DNA from: an uncultured Spirochaetales bacterium
GTDB lineage: Bacteria; Desulfobacterota_D; UBA1144
DNA: 64,000 nucleotides
Reading direction: 5' to 3'
NCBI GenBank assembly: GCA_964440275.1
Contig: CAYTRR010000011.1
Span: forward strand, 83,930-147,929
Notes under the pieces: model-generated
What the model saw: only the letters and a program-made list of their open reading frames with translations
What the model was told of the DNA's origin: nothing
Database searches by the model: none
In this document: positions 19,992-30,392 of the stretch, in pieces
How positions within the stretch are numbered: the stretch's first letter is position 1
How the letters are laid out: the number at the start of each line of letters is the position of its first letter
Made by a program: the position numbers and the translations under genes

Positions 19992-21986
19992 CTACAGGTT
20001 TGCCTTTATTCCTGTCATAATGCTTCGTCCTGGTGATGTAAAATTTAGCACTTCTTGTCTTTTATCGTTAAATACGTTTTCAATATTTATAAAAACTCTC
20101 ATCCCTCCATTATTTTCTTGGTTTCTTCTTATACTGTAATCCCCATATAGATTAAAATCCCAAAAGTTTTTATTCCATTTCCTTGTTGAGCTATTTTCAA
20201 AATCCCATCTTCCACCTGTATATATCCCATCAAAGTTAATTGTATAAGCATCTTTATACTGACCTATGCTAAATCCACCGCTATGTTTCGGTCTTCTTAA
20301 AAGAGGTTCATTGCTATACCAGTTTGCAAGATTGTACGCTCCTATCTGAGTCGCGTTTGTTGTATTGACCGCTTTTGTTTTAAGGTATGTATACCAAGCT
20401 TTTAATTTTACACCATAGCTAAGATTAGTTTTTCCAGAAAATTCATATCCTTTAAGTTCGGCATCATCAAGATTTTGATATGTTTCACCCACAGTCCTGT
20501 AAGCAATTAAATCATAAGTTTTCGTATTAAAATAGGTAATACTTATTAATGAATTCCTACTTATCTTTTGATCTAAACCAAATTCATAAGACTTGCTTCT
20601 TTCTGCCTCAAGTTTGTCAGCAGCATAAGATTCATAGATTCCAGGATATTTAATTCCTTTGCTATATCCACCCCTAAGTTTGGTTGAGGTTTGATTAATT
20701 ACCTTTGATGCAAATATAGATGGGTTTGTGACTTCACCGTGTTGTTCATGTTTATTCTTTCTTATCCCAGGATTTATAAAAATTGAATACGGAGCTTTAA
20801 TTGCTATATTAGCGTAATATGATTTTGTATAGTCATTATGACCATAATATCCAGTATAACCAGAGGCGTTAAAACTGTCATAGTTACTACTTTCATTTAT
20901 TTTTTCATAACCTATTAAAGTTTTTATATTAAAAACTCCAAGATTATTATTTGATTTCATGTAGTAATCAAACCCTTCTCTTTTTTCCCACCAATTTAAG
21001 TCTGTAGATACTTGGACTGTTGAGTTTTGAGCCCACTTGTGAAGATAATTATATTTGTAGGTAGTGCCATAAGTAAGAGAATCATAAAACTTATATTCGA
21101 AATTTAGACTTCTAATTGTCATATGTCTTCTATCTCTTGCAGTTTTGGCATATTGATGATCAACGCTTCCGCTTGAATTCGTAGGAAAATTATATTTTGT
21201 TTTTCTTCTTGTTCCGTTAAAGAGAATTTTTACTTTCTCGTCTTTTGTTTTTAAAAGCATAGAACCATTGAGCGCCCCATTTTCATAATGATCATTAAAT
21301 CTTCTATAACCATCGTCATTTATTCTTTCAAAGCCCAAACTATATCCCAAGAAAACATCGCTTTCGTTATTTTTACTTATTGGTCCATTAATTGAGAAGT
21401 ACTGTTCATTGACAAAAAACTTACCACCATCTGTATGACTGTCTTTTAACAGCCCATTTGAATCTTTCTTTGGTCCTTGATTAAAACCAAACGCAGATTT
21501 AAAAGAAATATTAGTCTTCTTTTCAGGCTTTTTTGTTGTGATGCTAATTACAGAACCAATTGCACCAGCACCATAAAGTGCAGCTTGAGGTCCCCTGAGA
21601 ATTTCAATTTTTTCTATATTGTTTAGTGAAAGAAATTCGAAATTAAAAGCCCCTCCAATCTCGTTGGCTTTTACGCCATCTATTAACACCAAGTTGTGAT
21701 CGCTTTCACTACCTCTAGCAAAAATGCTAATCATTCCCCCTCTTGCTCCTAATCTTTTAACAGACAACCCAGGTACTTCTCTCAATAGTTGGTGTATTTC
21801 AGTTGCACCGGATGCCTCTATGTCTTGTTCGGTTATTACAGTAGCCGAACCTCCAAAATCAGAAAATTTTATATCCGTATTGCCAATATTTGGCTCTCTT
21901 AAGATTATTTCTTCAGCATTAATATTGAAACAGGTTAGCGATATAAAGAATAAAAGTAAAAGAAAAGGTAATCTCATGATTAACAC
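19992..21986 (-). CDS. TonB-dependent outer-membrane receptor (BtuB-like corrinoid receptor inferred from riboswitch)
   Basis: 664 aa with signal peptide, plug domain, and a beta-barrel rich in Tyr/Gly/Asn. Cobalamin riboswitch in its 5' leader. Confidence 0.85.
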   Translation of the reverse strand: MLIMRLPFLLLLFFISLTCFNINAEEIILREPNIGNTDIKFSDFGGSATVITEQDIEASGATEIHQLLREVPGLSVKRLGARGGMISIFARGSESDHNLVLIDGVKANEIGGAFNFEFLSLNNIEKIEILRGPQAALYGAGAIGSVISITTKKPEKKTNISFKSAFGFNQGPKKDSNGLLKDSHTDGGKFFVNEQYFSINGPISKNNESDVFLGYSLGFERINDDGYRRFNDHYENGALNGSMLLKTKDEKVKILFNGTRRKTKYNFPTNSSGSVDHQYAKTARDRRHMTIRSLNFEYKFYDSLTYGTTYKYNYLHKWAQNSTVQVSTDLNWWEKREGFDYYMKSNNNLGVFNIKTLIGYEKINESSNYDSFNASGYTGYYGHNDYTKSYYANIAIKAPYSIFINPGIRKNKHEQHGEVTNPSIFASKVINQTSTKLRGGYSKGIKYPGIYESYAADKLEAERSKSYEFGLDQKISRNSLISITYFNTKTYDLIAYRTVGETYQNLDDAELKGYEFSGKTNLSYGVKLKAWYTYLKTKAVNTTNATQIGAYNLANWYSNEPLLRRPKHSGGFSIGQYKDAYTINFDGIYTGGRWDFENSSTRKWNKNFWDFNLYGDYSIRRNQENNGGMRVFINIENVFNDKRQEVLNFTSPGRSIMTGIKANL

Positions 21987-22059
21987 TCCTTTTCTTCAGC
22001 AGGTAAAAAAAATAAAATAAAGCAGAAAAAGCTCATTTTCCTTAAACCTCGAAGAAAAA

Positions 22060-22206
22060 TAAAAATTTATATTTGGCAGGTCTTCTGACTTATAGCTTTT
22101 TAACCTAGCCTTCCCATCGAACGACAGTGGCAATAGTGGTCAAAAATCAATGCTAATTACAGCAGCGGGTCTGTGCTGGAGTTTCACCAAGCTTCCCTAT
22201 TAATCT
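22060..22206 (-). promoter_or_regulatory. Cobalamin (AdoCbl) riboswitch in 5' UTR of the TonB-dependent receptor
   Basis: Minus-strand RNA reads AAUAGGGAAGCUUGGUGAAACUCCAGCACAGACCCGCUGCUGUAA ... GCCACUG ... GGGAAGGC ... GUCAGAAGACCUGCC. These match the conserved cobalamin riboswitch core and the B12 box. Located 75-220 nt upstream of the receptor start codon. Confidence 0.85.
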
Positions 22207-22279
22207 TTTCCAAGAACCGTCTATTATACTATTTTGAAATTAATTTAAGTCAAGCAATTTTTTTTGTATTATTGATAGT

Positions 22280-23206
22280 ATGATAACAACTTTTGGTGGT
22301 GGCGTAGGAGCAGGGAAATTTTTAGATGGATTGCATTCAAATCTTAAAAATAATTCCTTGAATTTAAATATCGTAGTAAACACGGCGGACGATATAGACA
22401 TATTTGGTGTTCGAGTAAGCCCAGATATAGACTCTATTCTTTATCGTCTTTCTGGCATATCTGATAAAAAGAGAGGTTGGGGCATTAAGGGAGATACGTA
22501 TAAATTTTTAAACAGTCAACCAAAAGACAATAGATGGTTTAATTTAGGTGACAAAGATCTAGAAAGAAATTTGATTAAGCAAAGTTTAATAGAAAAAGGA
22601 TTGTCTCTTCAAAAAGTTGTAGAAAAACAAAGTAGAAAATTAGGAATTAAAAAAACAAAAATTTTTCCAATGACAAACGATATTGTAGAAACTTATATTG
22701 TATCAAATGGTAAAAAAATGCACTTTCAAGAATTTTTAATAAAATACAAAATGCGTCCAAAAGTAGATAAAATTTTATTTAAAAACATTAAAAAATCTAA
22801 ACCATCAATTGGATTGATAAAGCAAATACTAAATTCGAAGATTTTAATTTTTTGTCCTAGCAATCCAATAATTAGTATTAATCCAATCTTGTCAGTTCCA
22901 GGAATCAAAGAAGCAATTATTGAATCAAATGCTATTAAAATTGCAATTAGTCCAATAGTACAAGATAAGGCTTTTCAAGGACCCGTACTAAAACTTATGA
23001 AAGTGAAAAAGTTAAAACCAACTGTATCCGGAGTTGCAGAATTTTATAAAGGGATAGTAAACTATTTAATGATAGATGAATTTGATAAAAATTATATTAG
23101 TCAAATTTCAGCAACTGGTATCAAACCAATTGTCAGGAATATTAAAATGCGAAATAAAACTATATCAAAAGCAATGTCTAAATCAATCTTGGATTTGATA
23201 GAATGA
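22280..23206 (+). CDS. cofD: 2-phospho-L-lactate transferase (F420 biosynthesis)
   Basis: N-terminal FGGGVGAGKFLDGL (CofD/YvcK-family Gly-rich motif). 308 aa. Heads an operon with cofE, cofG and cofH. Confidence 0.8.
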   Translation: MITTFGGGVGAGKFLDGLHSNLKNNSLNLNIVVNTADDIDIFGVRVSPDIDSILYRLSGISDKKRGWGIKGDTYKFLNSQPKDNRWFNLGDKDLERNLIKQSLIEKGLSLQKVVEKQSRKLGIKKTKIFPMTNDIVETYIVSNGKKMHFQEFLIKYKMRPKVDKILFKNIKKSKPSIGLIKQILNSKILIFCPSNPIISINPILSVPGIKEAIIESNAIKIAISPIVQDKAFQGPVLKLMKVKKLKPTVSGVAEFYKGIVNYLMIDEFDKNYISQISATGIKPIVRNIKMRNKTISKAMSKSILDLIE

Positions 23207-23949
23207 AAACAATTGAAATTATTCCAATAAATCATATACCAAAAATAAACGTTGATGACGACATACCTTCAATAATCTTCAAAGCACTAAAGTCTCAAAA
23301 AATTAAATTAAAAGAAAAAGATATTTTGGTAATTGCACATAAAATCGTCTCAATATCTGAAAACTGTTTTTTTAATCTAGACGACTGCAAAGTTACTGAT
23401 AAAGCAAAACGTCTAAGCGTTAGAATTAAAAAGAATCAAAGAGTTTGTCAGGTAATTCTGGATAACGCAAAAAGGGTTATAAAGATTTCAAAAGGTGTAA
23501 TAATAACTGAGAATAAATTAGGTGTTGTAACAGCAAATTCCGGAGTTGATCAGTCAAATATTGAATCTGACAAAATGGTTTTGTTGCTTCCTAAAGATCC
23601 GAATAAATCTGCAAAAAATATTTCAGCATCAATTAAGAGAAAAACAAATTTGAAAATACCAGTGATAATATCAGACAGTGTAGGAAGGCCATGGAGACAC
23701 GGATTAAGTCAAATCGCTATAGGCAGTTTTGGAATAAAACCAATAAAACAATACAAGAAAGACCTTTATAGAAACAAACTAAACGATACTGATGTACCAG
23801 TGATAGACGAATTAGCTTCCGCTGGTGGAATATTAATGGAGAAAAATGCTGGTATTCCTGTAGTCTTAATAAGAGGGTATAATTATGATATATCAGCTGC
23901 AAATGCAAGGGTGCTTTTAAGAGGGAAGCAAGATGATATATTTAGATAA
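23203..23949 (+). CDS. cofE: Coenzyme F420-0:L-glutamate ligase
   Basis: 248 aa single-domain CofE. TANSGVDQSN (CofE AGID.SN motif), LLP.DP, and DSVGRPWRHG (CofE GRPWR motif). Confidence 0.85.
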   Translation: MKTIEIIPINHIPKINVDDDIPSIIFKALKSQKIKLKEKDILVIAHKIVSISENCFFNLDDCKVTDKAKRLSVRIKKNQRVCQVILDNAKRVIKISKGVIITENKLGVVTANSGVDQSNIESDKMVLLLPKDPNKSAKNISASIKRKTNLKIPVIISDSVGRPWRHGLSQIAIGSFGIKPIKQYKKDLYRNKLNDTDVPVIDELASAGGILMEKNAGIPVVLIRGYNYDISAANARVLLRGKQDDIFR

Positions 23950-25192
23950 AATATACGAGGATTTTACATCTTCAGATAAGATATTCAGCCTACTAGAATC
24001 CCACGGTATCGTTGTAAGCAAATACTCTTCAATAGCCCCTAATTTAAGAACCGTACTTGAAAAATCTATTAACGAAGAAGCTATTACAAGGGATGAAGCA
24101 TTAATGTTAAGTAAAGTTAATTCTTCTGAGATACCTTTTTTAATGGCTGCGGCTAACTTTATAAGAACCAAGCACAAAGGGAACTTGATTACTTTCTCGA
24201 AAAATATATTTATACCTCTTACCCAATTGTGCAGGGACCAATGTTCATATTGTACATTTAAAATTGAACCCCACGAAGGCGATCTTCTGATTGAGCCCGA
24301 AGACGTTTTAGAGTCGGCAAAAAAGGCTGTTAAATTAGGATGTACAGAATTGTTATTTGTTTCTGGTGATAGACCTGAAAATATATATGATGTTTATCAA
24401 AAAAAACTCGAAAGCATGGGATATAGATCTACCGCTGATTATATGATAGCTATGAGCGAGATTTGTTTAGAAGAAGGTATATTCCCTCATTCTAATCTCG
24501 GGATAGCAAGAATAGATGAACTAAAAAGATTTAAGAATTCTAATCCAAGTATGGGGTTAATGTTGGAAAATATCAGCGAGAGATTGATGGATCCGGGAGA
24601 AGCCCATTATAGATGCCCAGATAAATATCCTAGAGCTAGAGTGAAAACAATTTCTAATGCAGGCGAACTCAATATTCCTTGGACATCAGGAATTTTAATT
24701 GGAATAGGGGAGAATTGGGAAGAAAGAATTGATTCAATTTATGAATTACAAAGAATTAATAACGAATATGGTCACATACAAGAAATAATTATACAAAACT
24801 TTAACCCCAAACCAGGAATTCAAATGGAAGGACATCCGCCCCCAACTGATTTTGATATGATCAAAACAGTAGCAATATCAAAAATCATAATGGGTCCAAG
24901 TATGAATATACAAGTACCACCAAATTTAAATTCAAAAACTTATATGCTTCACATATGCTCTGGCGTTAATGACTTGGGTGGTGTTTCACCAATCACAATA
25001 GATTATGTTAATCCTGAGTGCCCATGGCCCCAAATAGATCTTATGACAAAGGATATTTCAGAATTTGGATTTAATTTGCGAGAGAGGCTACCTGTATATC
25101 CAGATTTTTTAAATAGAAAATTCCTAAATGAAGATATCTACAATAAAGCCATAAGCTTTGTTGACGATTCGGGGTATGTAGCAGAGAATTAG
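23933..25192 (+). CDS. cofG: FO synthase subunit 1 (7,8-didemethyl-8-hydroxy-5-deazariboflavin synthase, radical SAM)
   Basis: CRDQCSYCTF radical-SAM cluster motif. 419 aa. Confidence 0.85.
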   Translation: MIYLDKIYEDFTSSDKIFSLLESHGIVVSKYSSIAPNLRTVLEKSINEEAITRDEALMLSKVNSSEIPFLMAAANFIRTKHKGNLITFSKNIFIPLTQLCRDQCSYCTFKIEPHEGDLLIEPEDVLESAKKAVKLGCTELLFVSGDRPENIYDVYQKKLESMGYRSTADYMIAMSEICLEEGIFPHSNLGIARIDELKRFKNSNPSMGLMLENISERLMDPGEAHYRCPDKYPRARVKTISNAGELNIPWTSGILIGIGENWEERIDSIYELQRINNEYGHIQEIIIQNFNPKPGIQMEGHPPPTDFDMIKTVAISKIIMGPSMNIQVPPNLNSKTYMLHICSGVNDLGGVSPITIDYVNPECPWPQIDLMTKDISEFGFNLRERLPVYPDFLNRKFLNEDIYNKAISFVDDSGYVAEN

Positions 25193-25199
25193 GTTTGTT

Positions 25200-26387
25200 A
25201 TGGAAAAAGACTTACAAAAAGTATTAGATGAAATCGAAAATTATAGAGCAAAAGGAATCGACTACACCTTGTCCAAGACGAGTGACACTGTAGCTAAGAT
25301 TATAAACAAACCTTTAAACAACAAAGAAATTACTGAAAAAGAAGCCGAAACATTGTTTCTTATTGATAATAACATTGACCTTTCCGCGTTAGTCCTTATC
25401 GCTGATATGGTACGTAAGGAAGATGTAGGCAACGATGTTACTTATGTTGTTAATAGAAATATTAACTTTACTAATATATGTAATACATACTGTGGTTTTT
25501 GTAATTTTATGGCAGCTGAAGGTGATTCCAGAGCATATTTTCTTACAATGGATGAAATAAAAGAAAAAGTATTAGAAGCTAGAGAAAATGAAGCCACAGA
25601 AGTATGTATGCAAGGTGGTATGCACCCTGACATCGATGGCGACTTCTATATCCAAATTATTAAAAGCGTAAAAGAAGCAGTGCCTGATATGCATACGCAT
25701 TGTTTCTCACCGTTTGAGGTTCATTATGGAGCAGAAACTTTGGGTATAGAAATAGGTGATTTTGTTAAAAGGTTAAAGGATGTTGGACACGGTACTTTTC
25801 CTGGAACAGCTGCTGAAATTTTAAGTGAAGATGTCAGAAAAATAATAGCCCCTGGAAAAATTTCTACTAATCAGTGGATTGACACTATAAAAGAAATTCA
25901 TAAGGCTGACATGAAAACTACATCAACAATTATGTACGGTCATGTTGACAAACCTTTTCATTGGGCGAAGCACTTTAATATAATTAGAGACATACAAAAA
26001 GAAACAGGTGGAATTACCGAATTTGTCCCTTTACGATTTATTCCTTGGGATACTAGAATTTTTAAAAAAGGACTTGCTAGAGAAGGTCCAACAGATTTAG
26101 ACCAACTTAAAATGTATGCCGTTGCTAGACTCTTTTTTCGAGGATGGATTGATAACATACAAGTGTCTTGGGTTAAACAAGGACCAGAGTTTGCTCAGTA
26201 TTGTTTAACAGCAGGAGCCAATGATTTTGGTGGAACTCTAATGGAAGAAAAAATCACTACAGCAGCTGGTGGCAAGCATGGTCAATATTTTCCACCAGAA
26301 GAATTTAGAAGGCTTACACATGAAATCAAAAGAAGACCGGTAGAAAGATCAACTACATACGAATACTTGAAAGTCTTTGACAGTTAA
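25200..26387 (+). CDS. cofH: FO synthase subunit 2 (radical SAM)
   Basis: NICNTYCGFCNF radical-SAM motif. 395 aa. Separate from cofG, unlike the fused actinobacterial FbiC. Confidence 0.85.
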   Translation: MEKDLQKVLDEIENYRAKGIDYTLSKTSDTVAKIINKPLNNKEITEKEAETLFLIDNNIDLSALVLIADMVRKEDVGNDVTYVVNRNINFTNICNTYCGFCNFMAAEGDSRAYFLTMDEIKEKVLEARENEATEVCMQGGMHPDIDGDFYIQIIKSVKEAVPDMHTHCFSPFEVHYGAETLGIEIGDFVKRLKDVGHGTFPGTAAEILSEDVRKIIAPGKISTNQWIDTIKEIHKADMKTTSTIMYGHVDKPFHWAKHFNIIRDIQKETGGITEFVPLRFIPWDTRIFKKGLAREGPTDLDQLKMYAVARLFFRGWIDNIQVSWVKQGPEFAQYCLTAGANDFGGTLMEEKITTAAGGKHGQYFPPEEFRRLTHEIKRRPVERSTTYEYLKVFDS

Positions 26388-26431
26388 TACTCAACTTGTT
26401 GATTTAAAAATTTGGTATAAGATTTACTTTA

Positions 26432-27073
26432 ATGAGTTTCTTTAAAGATATAAAAGCTGATATTGCTGCAGCAAAAGAAAGAGATCCAGCAGCAAGAAAT
26501 TTGCTTGAGATATTAATTAGTTATCCAGGTTTTCATGCAATTGTGTGGCACAGACTATCAAACTTTTTATGGAGACAAGGATTACATCTAATAGCTAGAA
26601 TTATTTCTAATATTCTTAGAACTTTGACTGGGATTGAAATCCATCCAGCTGCAAAAATTCAACAAGGTTTTTTTATTGACCATGGCATGGGAGTTGTTAT
26701 CGGAGAAACAACTGAGATAGGTAATAATGTGACCATTTATCAAGGTGTTACCTTAGGTGGGGTAAGTATAAAAAAAGGAAAAAGACATCCTACAATTGGA
26801 AACAATGTAATTATTGGTGCAGGTAGTAAGATACTGGGACCTCTTGAAATAGGAGACAATTCTAAAATCGGTGCAAACTCAGTAGTCATAAATGATATAC
26901 CGAGCAATTCAACTGTTGTGGGAATTCCAGGAAAAGTGGTTAGTCAGACTTCCTCATCCGATGAACCAGACTTAGCTCATAACAAATTACTTGATCCGAG
27001 TGCAGAGGAAATTCTTAAGCTTAACGAAGAAATCAAAAAAATAAAAGAAGAATTAAAAAAATTACAATCCTAA
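26432..27073 (+). CDS. cysE: Serine O-acetyltransferase
   Basis: N-terminal SAT helical domain (ERDPAARN) plus hexapeptide-repeat left-handed beta-helix. Confidence 0.88.
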   Translation: MSFFKDIKADIAAAKERDPAARNLLEILISYPGFHAIVWHRLSNFLWRQGLHLIARIISNILRTLTGIEIHPAAKIQQGFFIDHGMGVVIGETTEIGNNVTIYQGVTLGGVSIKKGKRHPTIGNNVIIGAGSKILGPLEIGDNSKIGANSVVINDIPSNSTVVGIPGKVVSQTSSSDEPDLAHNKLLDPSAEEILKLNEEIKKIKEELKKLQS

Positions 27074-28096
27074 TCTTTCTTCAAATCCAAATATCAGGTT
27101 CATGTTTTGTACAGCTTGACCGGAAGCACCTTTTACCAGATTGTCTATAACTGAAGATATCATCAGAGTTTTTTTGTCATGAAAAAGATTAATCCCTATA
27201 TTACAAAAATTACTTGATTGGACATCCTTTAAGCTAGGAAGTTTATTTTTATAAACTTTTATAAAAAAAGAATGAACATAAAAATCATTAAACAATTTGT
27301 AAATCTTTTTAACATCTATTGTCCTATCGCTTTTAATATAGATGTTAGACATTATCCCTCTAGTTATTGGTAGTAAATGAGGGACCATAAGAACATTTAT
27401 TTTTTTATTTGCCATTTGAAAGATGGTGCTCTCAACTTCTGGCATATGTCTATGGATTCCGGCATTATAGATCGATAAATTTTCATTCGCCTCAGAAAAT
27501 ATATGCTCCAACTTTCCACTTCTACCAGCACCTGAAATACCTGATTTGCAATCTACAATTATTGAATCATTCGATTTTATAGTTTTAATAATTGGAGCTA
27601 ATCCTAGCAAGATAGAAGTTGCATAGCAACCAGGGTTAGCAATATTCTTTTGTTTATCAATTTCTCTTTTATTAATTTCAGGGATTATATATTGGAAATT
27701 TTTAAAATCTTTTTCATTTTTTCTTTTCTTGTACCATTTGTCGTTCAACCTCTTTGATAACCTATAGTCAGCACTTAAGTCAATTATTTTTGCATTAAGT
27801 TTTTTGATTCTTTTCAGAATTGAATCTAGTTGACCATTGGGCAAACATGAGAATACGACATCTAGATTCTTAATCTTATAGATGTCACTATTTTTTCTTA
27901 TTCTAGTATTCTTCTTAAGTTTAAAATTCGGAAGAAAACTACTGAGACTTTTACCGAAGTGAGTATTAGCTCCTAAGAAAATTATTTCTACACTAGGATG
28001 ATTGTTTAAAATTTTAACTAGTTCTATTCCTGTGTAACCGGTAGACCCAATTATTGCTACTTTAATTCTCTCCATGATGGTGACATTATCATGCAA
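27062..28096 (-). CDS. argC: N-acetyl-gamma-glutamyl-phosphate reductase
   Basis: Rossmann [15 protein letters not shown] and active-site ANPGCYATS. The start is probably the internal MERIKVAII. Confidence 0.85.
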   Translation of the reverse strand: MHDNVTIMERIKVAIIGSTGYTGIELVKILNNHPSVEIIFLGANTHFGKSLSSFLPNFKLKKNTRIRKNSDIYKIKNLDVVFSCLPNGQLDSILKRIKKLNAKIIDLSADYRLSKRLNDKWYKKRKNEKDFKNFQYIIPEINKREIDKQKNIANPGCYATSILLGLAPIIKTIKSNDSIIVDCKSGISGAGRSGKLEHIFSEANENLSIYNAGIHRHMPEVESTIFQMANKKINVLMVPHLLPITRGIMSNIYIKSDRTIDVKKIYKLFNDFYVHSFFIKVYKNKLPSLKDVQSSNFCNIGINLFHDKKTLMISSVIDNLVKGASGQAVQNMNLIFGFEERLGL

Positions 28097-28114
28097 TTTT
28101 TATAAATTCAATTG

Positions 28115-28143
28115 TTTGAAATCCATTTCTTTGGGTGTAGTAT
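28115..28143 (+). promoter_or_regulatory. Candidate sigma-70 promoter for gap-pgk-fbaB
   Basis: TTGAAA, then a 16-17 nt spacer, then TAGTAT/AGTATT, in the 78-bp divergent argC/gap intergenic region. AAGGAGA Shine-Dalgarno sequence before the gap ATG. Confidence 0.3.
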
Positions 28144-28174
28144 TAACAAAATCAATCTTAAATAAGGAGACGCT

Positions 28175-29182
28175 ATGTCGATAAAATTAGGTATTAATGG
28201 ATTTGGAAGAATAGGCAGACACCTATTAAGGCTAGCTCTTGATTCTAAAGAAATAGAAGTTGTAGCCGTAAATGATATTGCTGACATTAAAACGTGTTCG
28301 CAATTACTTAAGTACGACTCAGTTTTTGGAATCTTAGATAAATCTGTTAATTTCGATGATGATGGACTAGATATAGATGGAAAAAGAGTAAAATTTTTCT
28401 CAGAAAGATCACCAGATAATATTGACTGGTCCTCCCAAAATTGCCAAATTATTGTTGAATCTACAGGTATTTTTACAAGCCAAGAACAAGCCTCTATGCA
28501 TCTTGATGGAACGGTCCAAAAAGTTATTATTTCTGCCCCTTCTAATGGGCCCGTAGATTTTACAACTGTTATGGGAGCAAATGATGATCTATATGATTCT
28601 TCTGAACATCATATTATTTCAAATGCATCATGCACCACCAACTGCCTTGCAATAATCACTAAAGTACTAAGAGATAATTTTGGTCTAGATAGTGGCCATA
28701 TGACAACCATCCACTCGTATACAAATGATCAGAGAATAATTGATTCACCGCATAAAGATCTTCGAAGAGCAAGGGCCGGTGCCTTATCAATGATTCCAAC
28801 AAGCACAGGTGCAACAAAAGCTATCGAAGAGATTTTCCCAGAATTAAAAGGGAATTTGTCTGCAATATCAATTCGAGTCCCAACACCTAACGTTTCCATT
28901 ATTGATTTTGTTGCTAAATTATCAACCAAAGTATCACTTGATGAGCTGAATCATGCATTTGTAAACTCTTCACAAGGCTCACTTCGTGACTATCTTGATA
29001 TAGCCCCAGAAGGAGCTGTATCAATTGATTTATTGAGAAATAAACACTCAGCAGTTTTTGACCCATTTGGTTCCAGAGTTATAGGTGATGATTTTATAAA
29101 GGTTATTGCATGGTATGACAACGAATATGGGTACTCTTCTAGAGTATTGGATTTAGCAAGTAAAATTGGAAAATTATTGTGA
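28175..29182 (+). CDS. gap: Glyceraldehyde-3-phosphate dehydrogenase
   Basis: LGINGFGRIGR and catalytic SNASCTTNCLA. Confidence 0.95.
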   Translation: MSIKLGINGFGRIGRHLLRLALDSKEIEVVAVNDIADIKTCSQLLKYDSVFGILDKSVNFDDDGLDIDGKRVKFFSERSPDNIDWSSQNCQIIVESTGIFTSQEQASMHLDGTVQKVIISAPSNGPVDFTTVMGANDDLYDSSEHHIISNASCTTNCLAIITKVLRDNFGLDSGHMTTIHSYTNDQRIIDSPHKDLRRARAGALSMIPTSTGATKAIEEIFPELKGNLSAISIRVPTPNVSIIDFVAKLSTKVSLDELNHAFVNSSQGSLRDYLDIAPEGAVSIDLLRNKHSAVFDPFGSRVIGDDFIKVIAWYDNEYGYSSRVLDLASKIGKLL

Positions 29183-30375
29183 ACAAAAAAAAAGTTATAT
29201 CAGATTTACCAAAATCTTTTTTTAAAAAGAAAAAAGTTTTTGTTAGAGTTGATTTTAATGTTCCAATAAACACTAAGGATAACTCTATAAGAGAAGATTA
29301 TAGAATTCGAAGAACGATCCCTACTATTGATTATTTGTTGGAATGTGGCGCAAAGATTATTTTAGGGTCCCATTTAGGTAGACCAGGCGGCAAACAAGAT
29401 AAAAAATTATCTCTGGAAATTGTTTCTAAGAGATTGTCCAATCTTCTAGACAAGGAAGTAATTTTTTGCAAAGATTTCATAAATGATAAACTTGCGGATC
29501 AAATAGATGATTTCCCAGATCAATCTGTGATTATGTTAGAGAATCTAAGATTTCACAAGGAAGAGACCGAAAATAATGCCAATTTCTCAAAAAATTTGAG
29601 TATGCTAGCTGACGTTTATGTTAATGAAGCTTTTGGAACATCGCATAGAGCTCATTCGTCAACTTATGGTATGGCTATAGATTTTGATACAAAATTAGCA
29701 GGTTTTCTTGTTGACAAAGAACTTACTTATATTGCTAGAATGATGGAAGAACCTGTACATCCTTTCGTTGTAATAATCGGAGGCGCAAAAATTAATGACA
29801 AAATGATAGCCATGGGCAATTTGCTGGAGAAAGCTGATAAAATTATAATAGCAGCGGGTGCAGCATATACATTTATTAAAGCTAATGGTGGAAGTATAGG
29901 CAGCTCAATTTATGACGAAGGAATGGTTGAATGGGCAAAGGAAGTTTACGGACAATATAAGAACAAAATAGTTTTACCAATCGATCATCTTATCTCACAA
30001 TCTGTGGATGATACTGACTCTTGCTTAATTGTAAATTCAAACATTCCAGATGGATTTAGTGCCTTTGACATAGGACCAAAAACAACGGAATTGTTCAATT
30101 CAATCATTAAGGCTCCTGGCTATATTTTTTGGAACGGTCCTATGGGTGTTTTTGAATCAGATACATTTTCATCTGGAACTATACATGTAGCACGAGCTGT
30201 AGCTTTAGCAACATTGAGAGGAGCGACTTCTGTAGTTGGAGGAGGGGAAACCATAGCTGCTATAAGAAAAGCTGAAGTTCTAGAGTCTGAAATTTCTCAC
30301 ATGTCGACTGGTGGAGGGGCTTTGCTTGAATATATTGGTGGAGTGAATCTGCCAGGTATAGAAATTCTTGATTAA
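29179..30375 (+). CDS. pgk: Phosphoglycerate kinase
   Basis: RVDFNVP N-terminal motif. 398 aa. Start overlaps the gap stop. Confidence 0.93.
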   Translation: MNKKKVISDLPKSFFKKKKVFVRVDFNVPINTKDNSIREDYRIRRTIPTIDYLLECGAKIILGSHLGRPGGKQDKKLSLEIVSKRLSNLLDKEVIFCKDFINDKLADQIDDFPDQSVIMLENLRFHKEETENNANFSKNLSMLADVYVNEAFGTSHRAHSSTYGMAIDFDTKLAGFLVDKELTYIARMMEEPVHPFVVIIGGAKINDKMIAMGNLLEKADKIIIAAGAAYTFIKANGGSIGSSIYDEGMVEWAKEVYGQYKNKIVLPIDHLISQSVDDTDSCLIVNSNIPDGFSAFDIGPKTTELFNSIIKAPGYIFWNGPMGVFESDTFSSGTIHVARAVALATLRGATSVVGGGETIAAIRKAEVLESEISHMSTGGGALLEYIGGVNLPGIEILD

Positions 30376-30392
30376 TATTTTATAATTCAATC

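Noticed and set aside
19735-22000. Shared AGGAGUGUUAAU(C)AUG translation-initiation motif in front of both the small ORF (19750) and the TonB receptor (21986)
   Set aside because: It is a 12-nt match consisting mostly of the Shine-Dalgarno sequence plus an AT-rich spacer, so it is likely coincidental. Noted but not considered a regulatory repeat.
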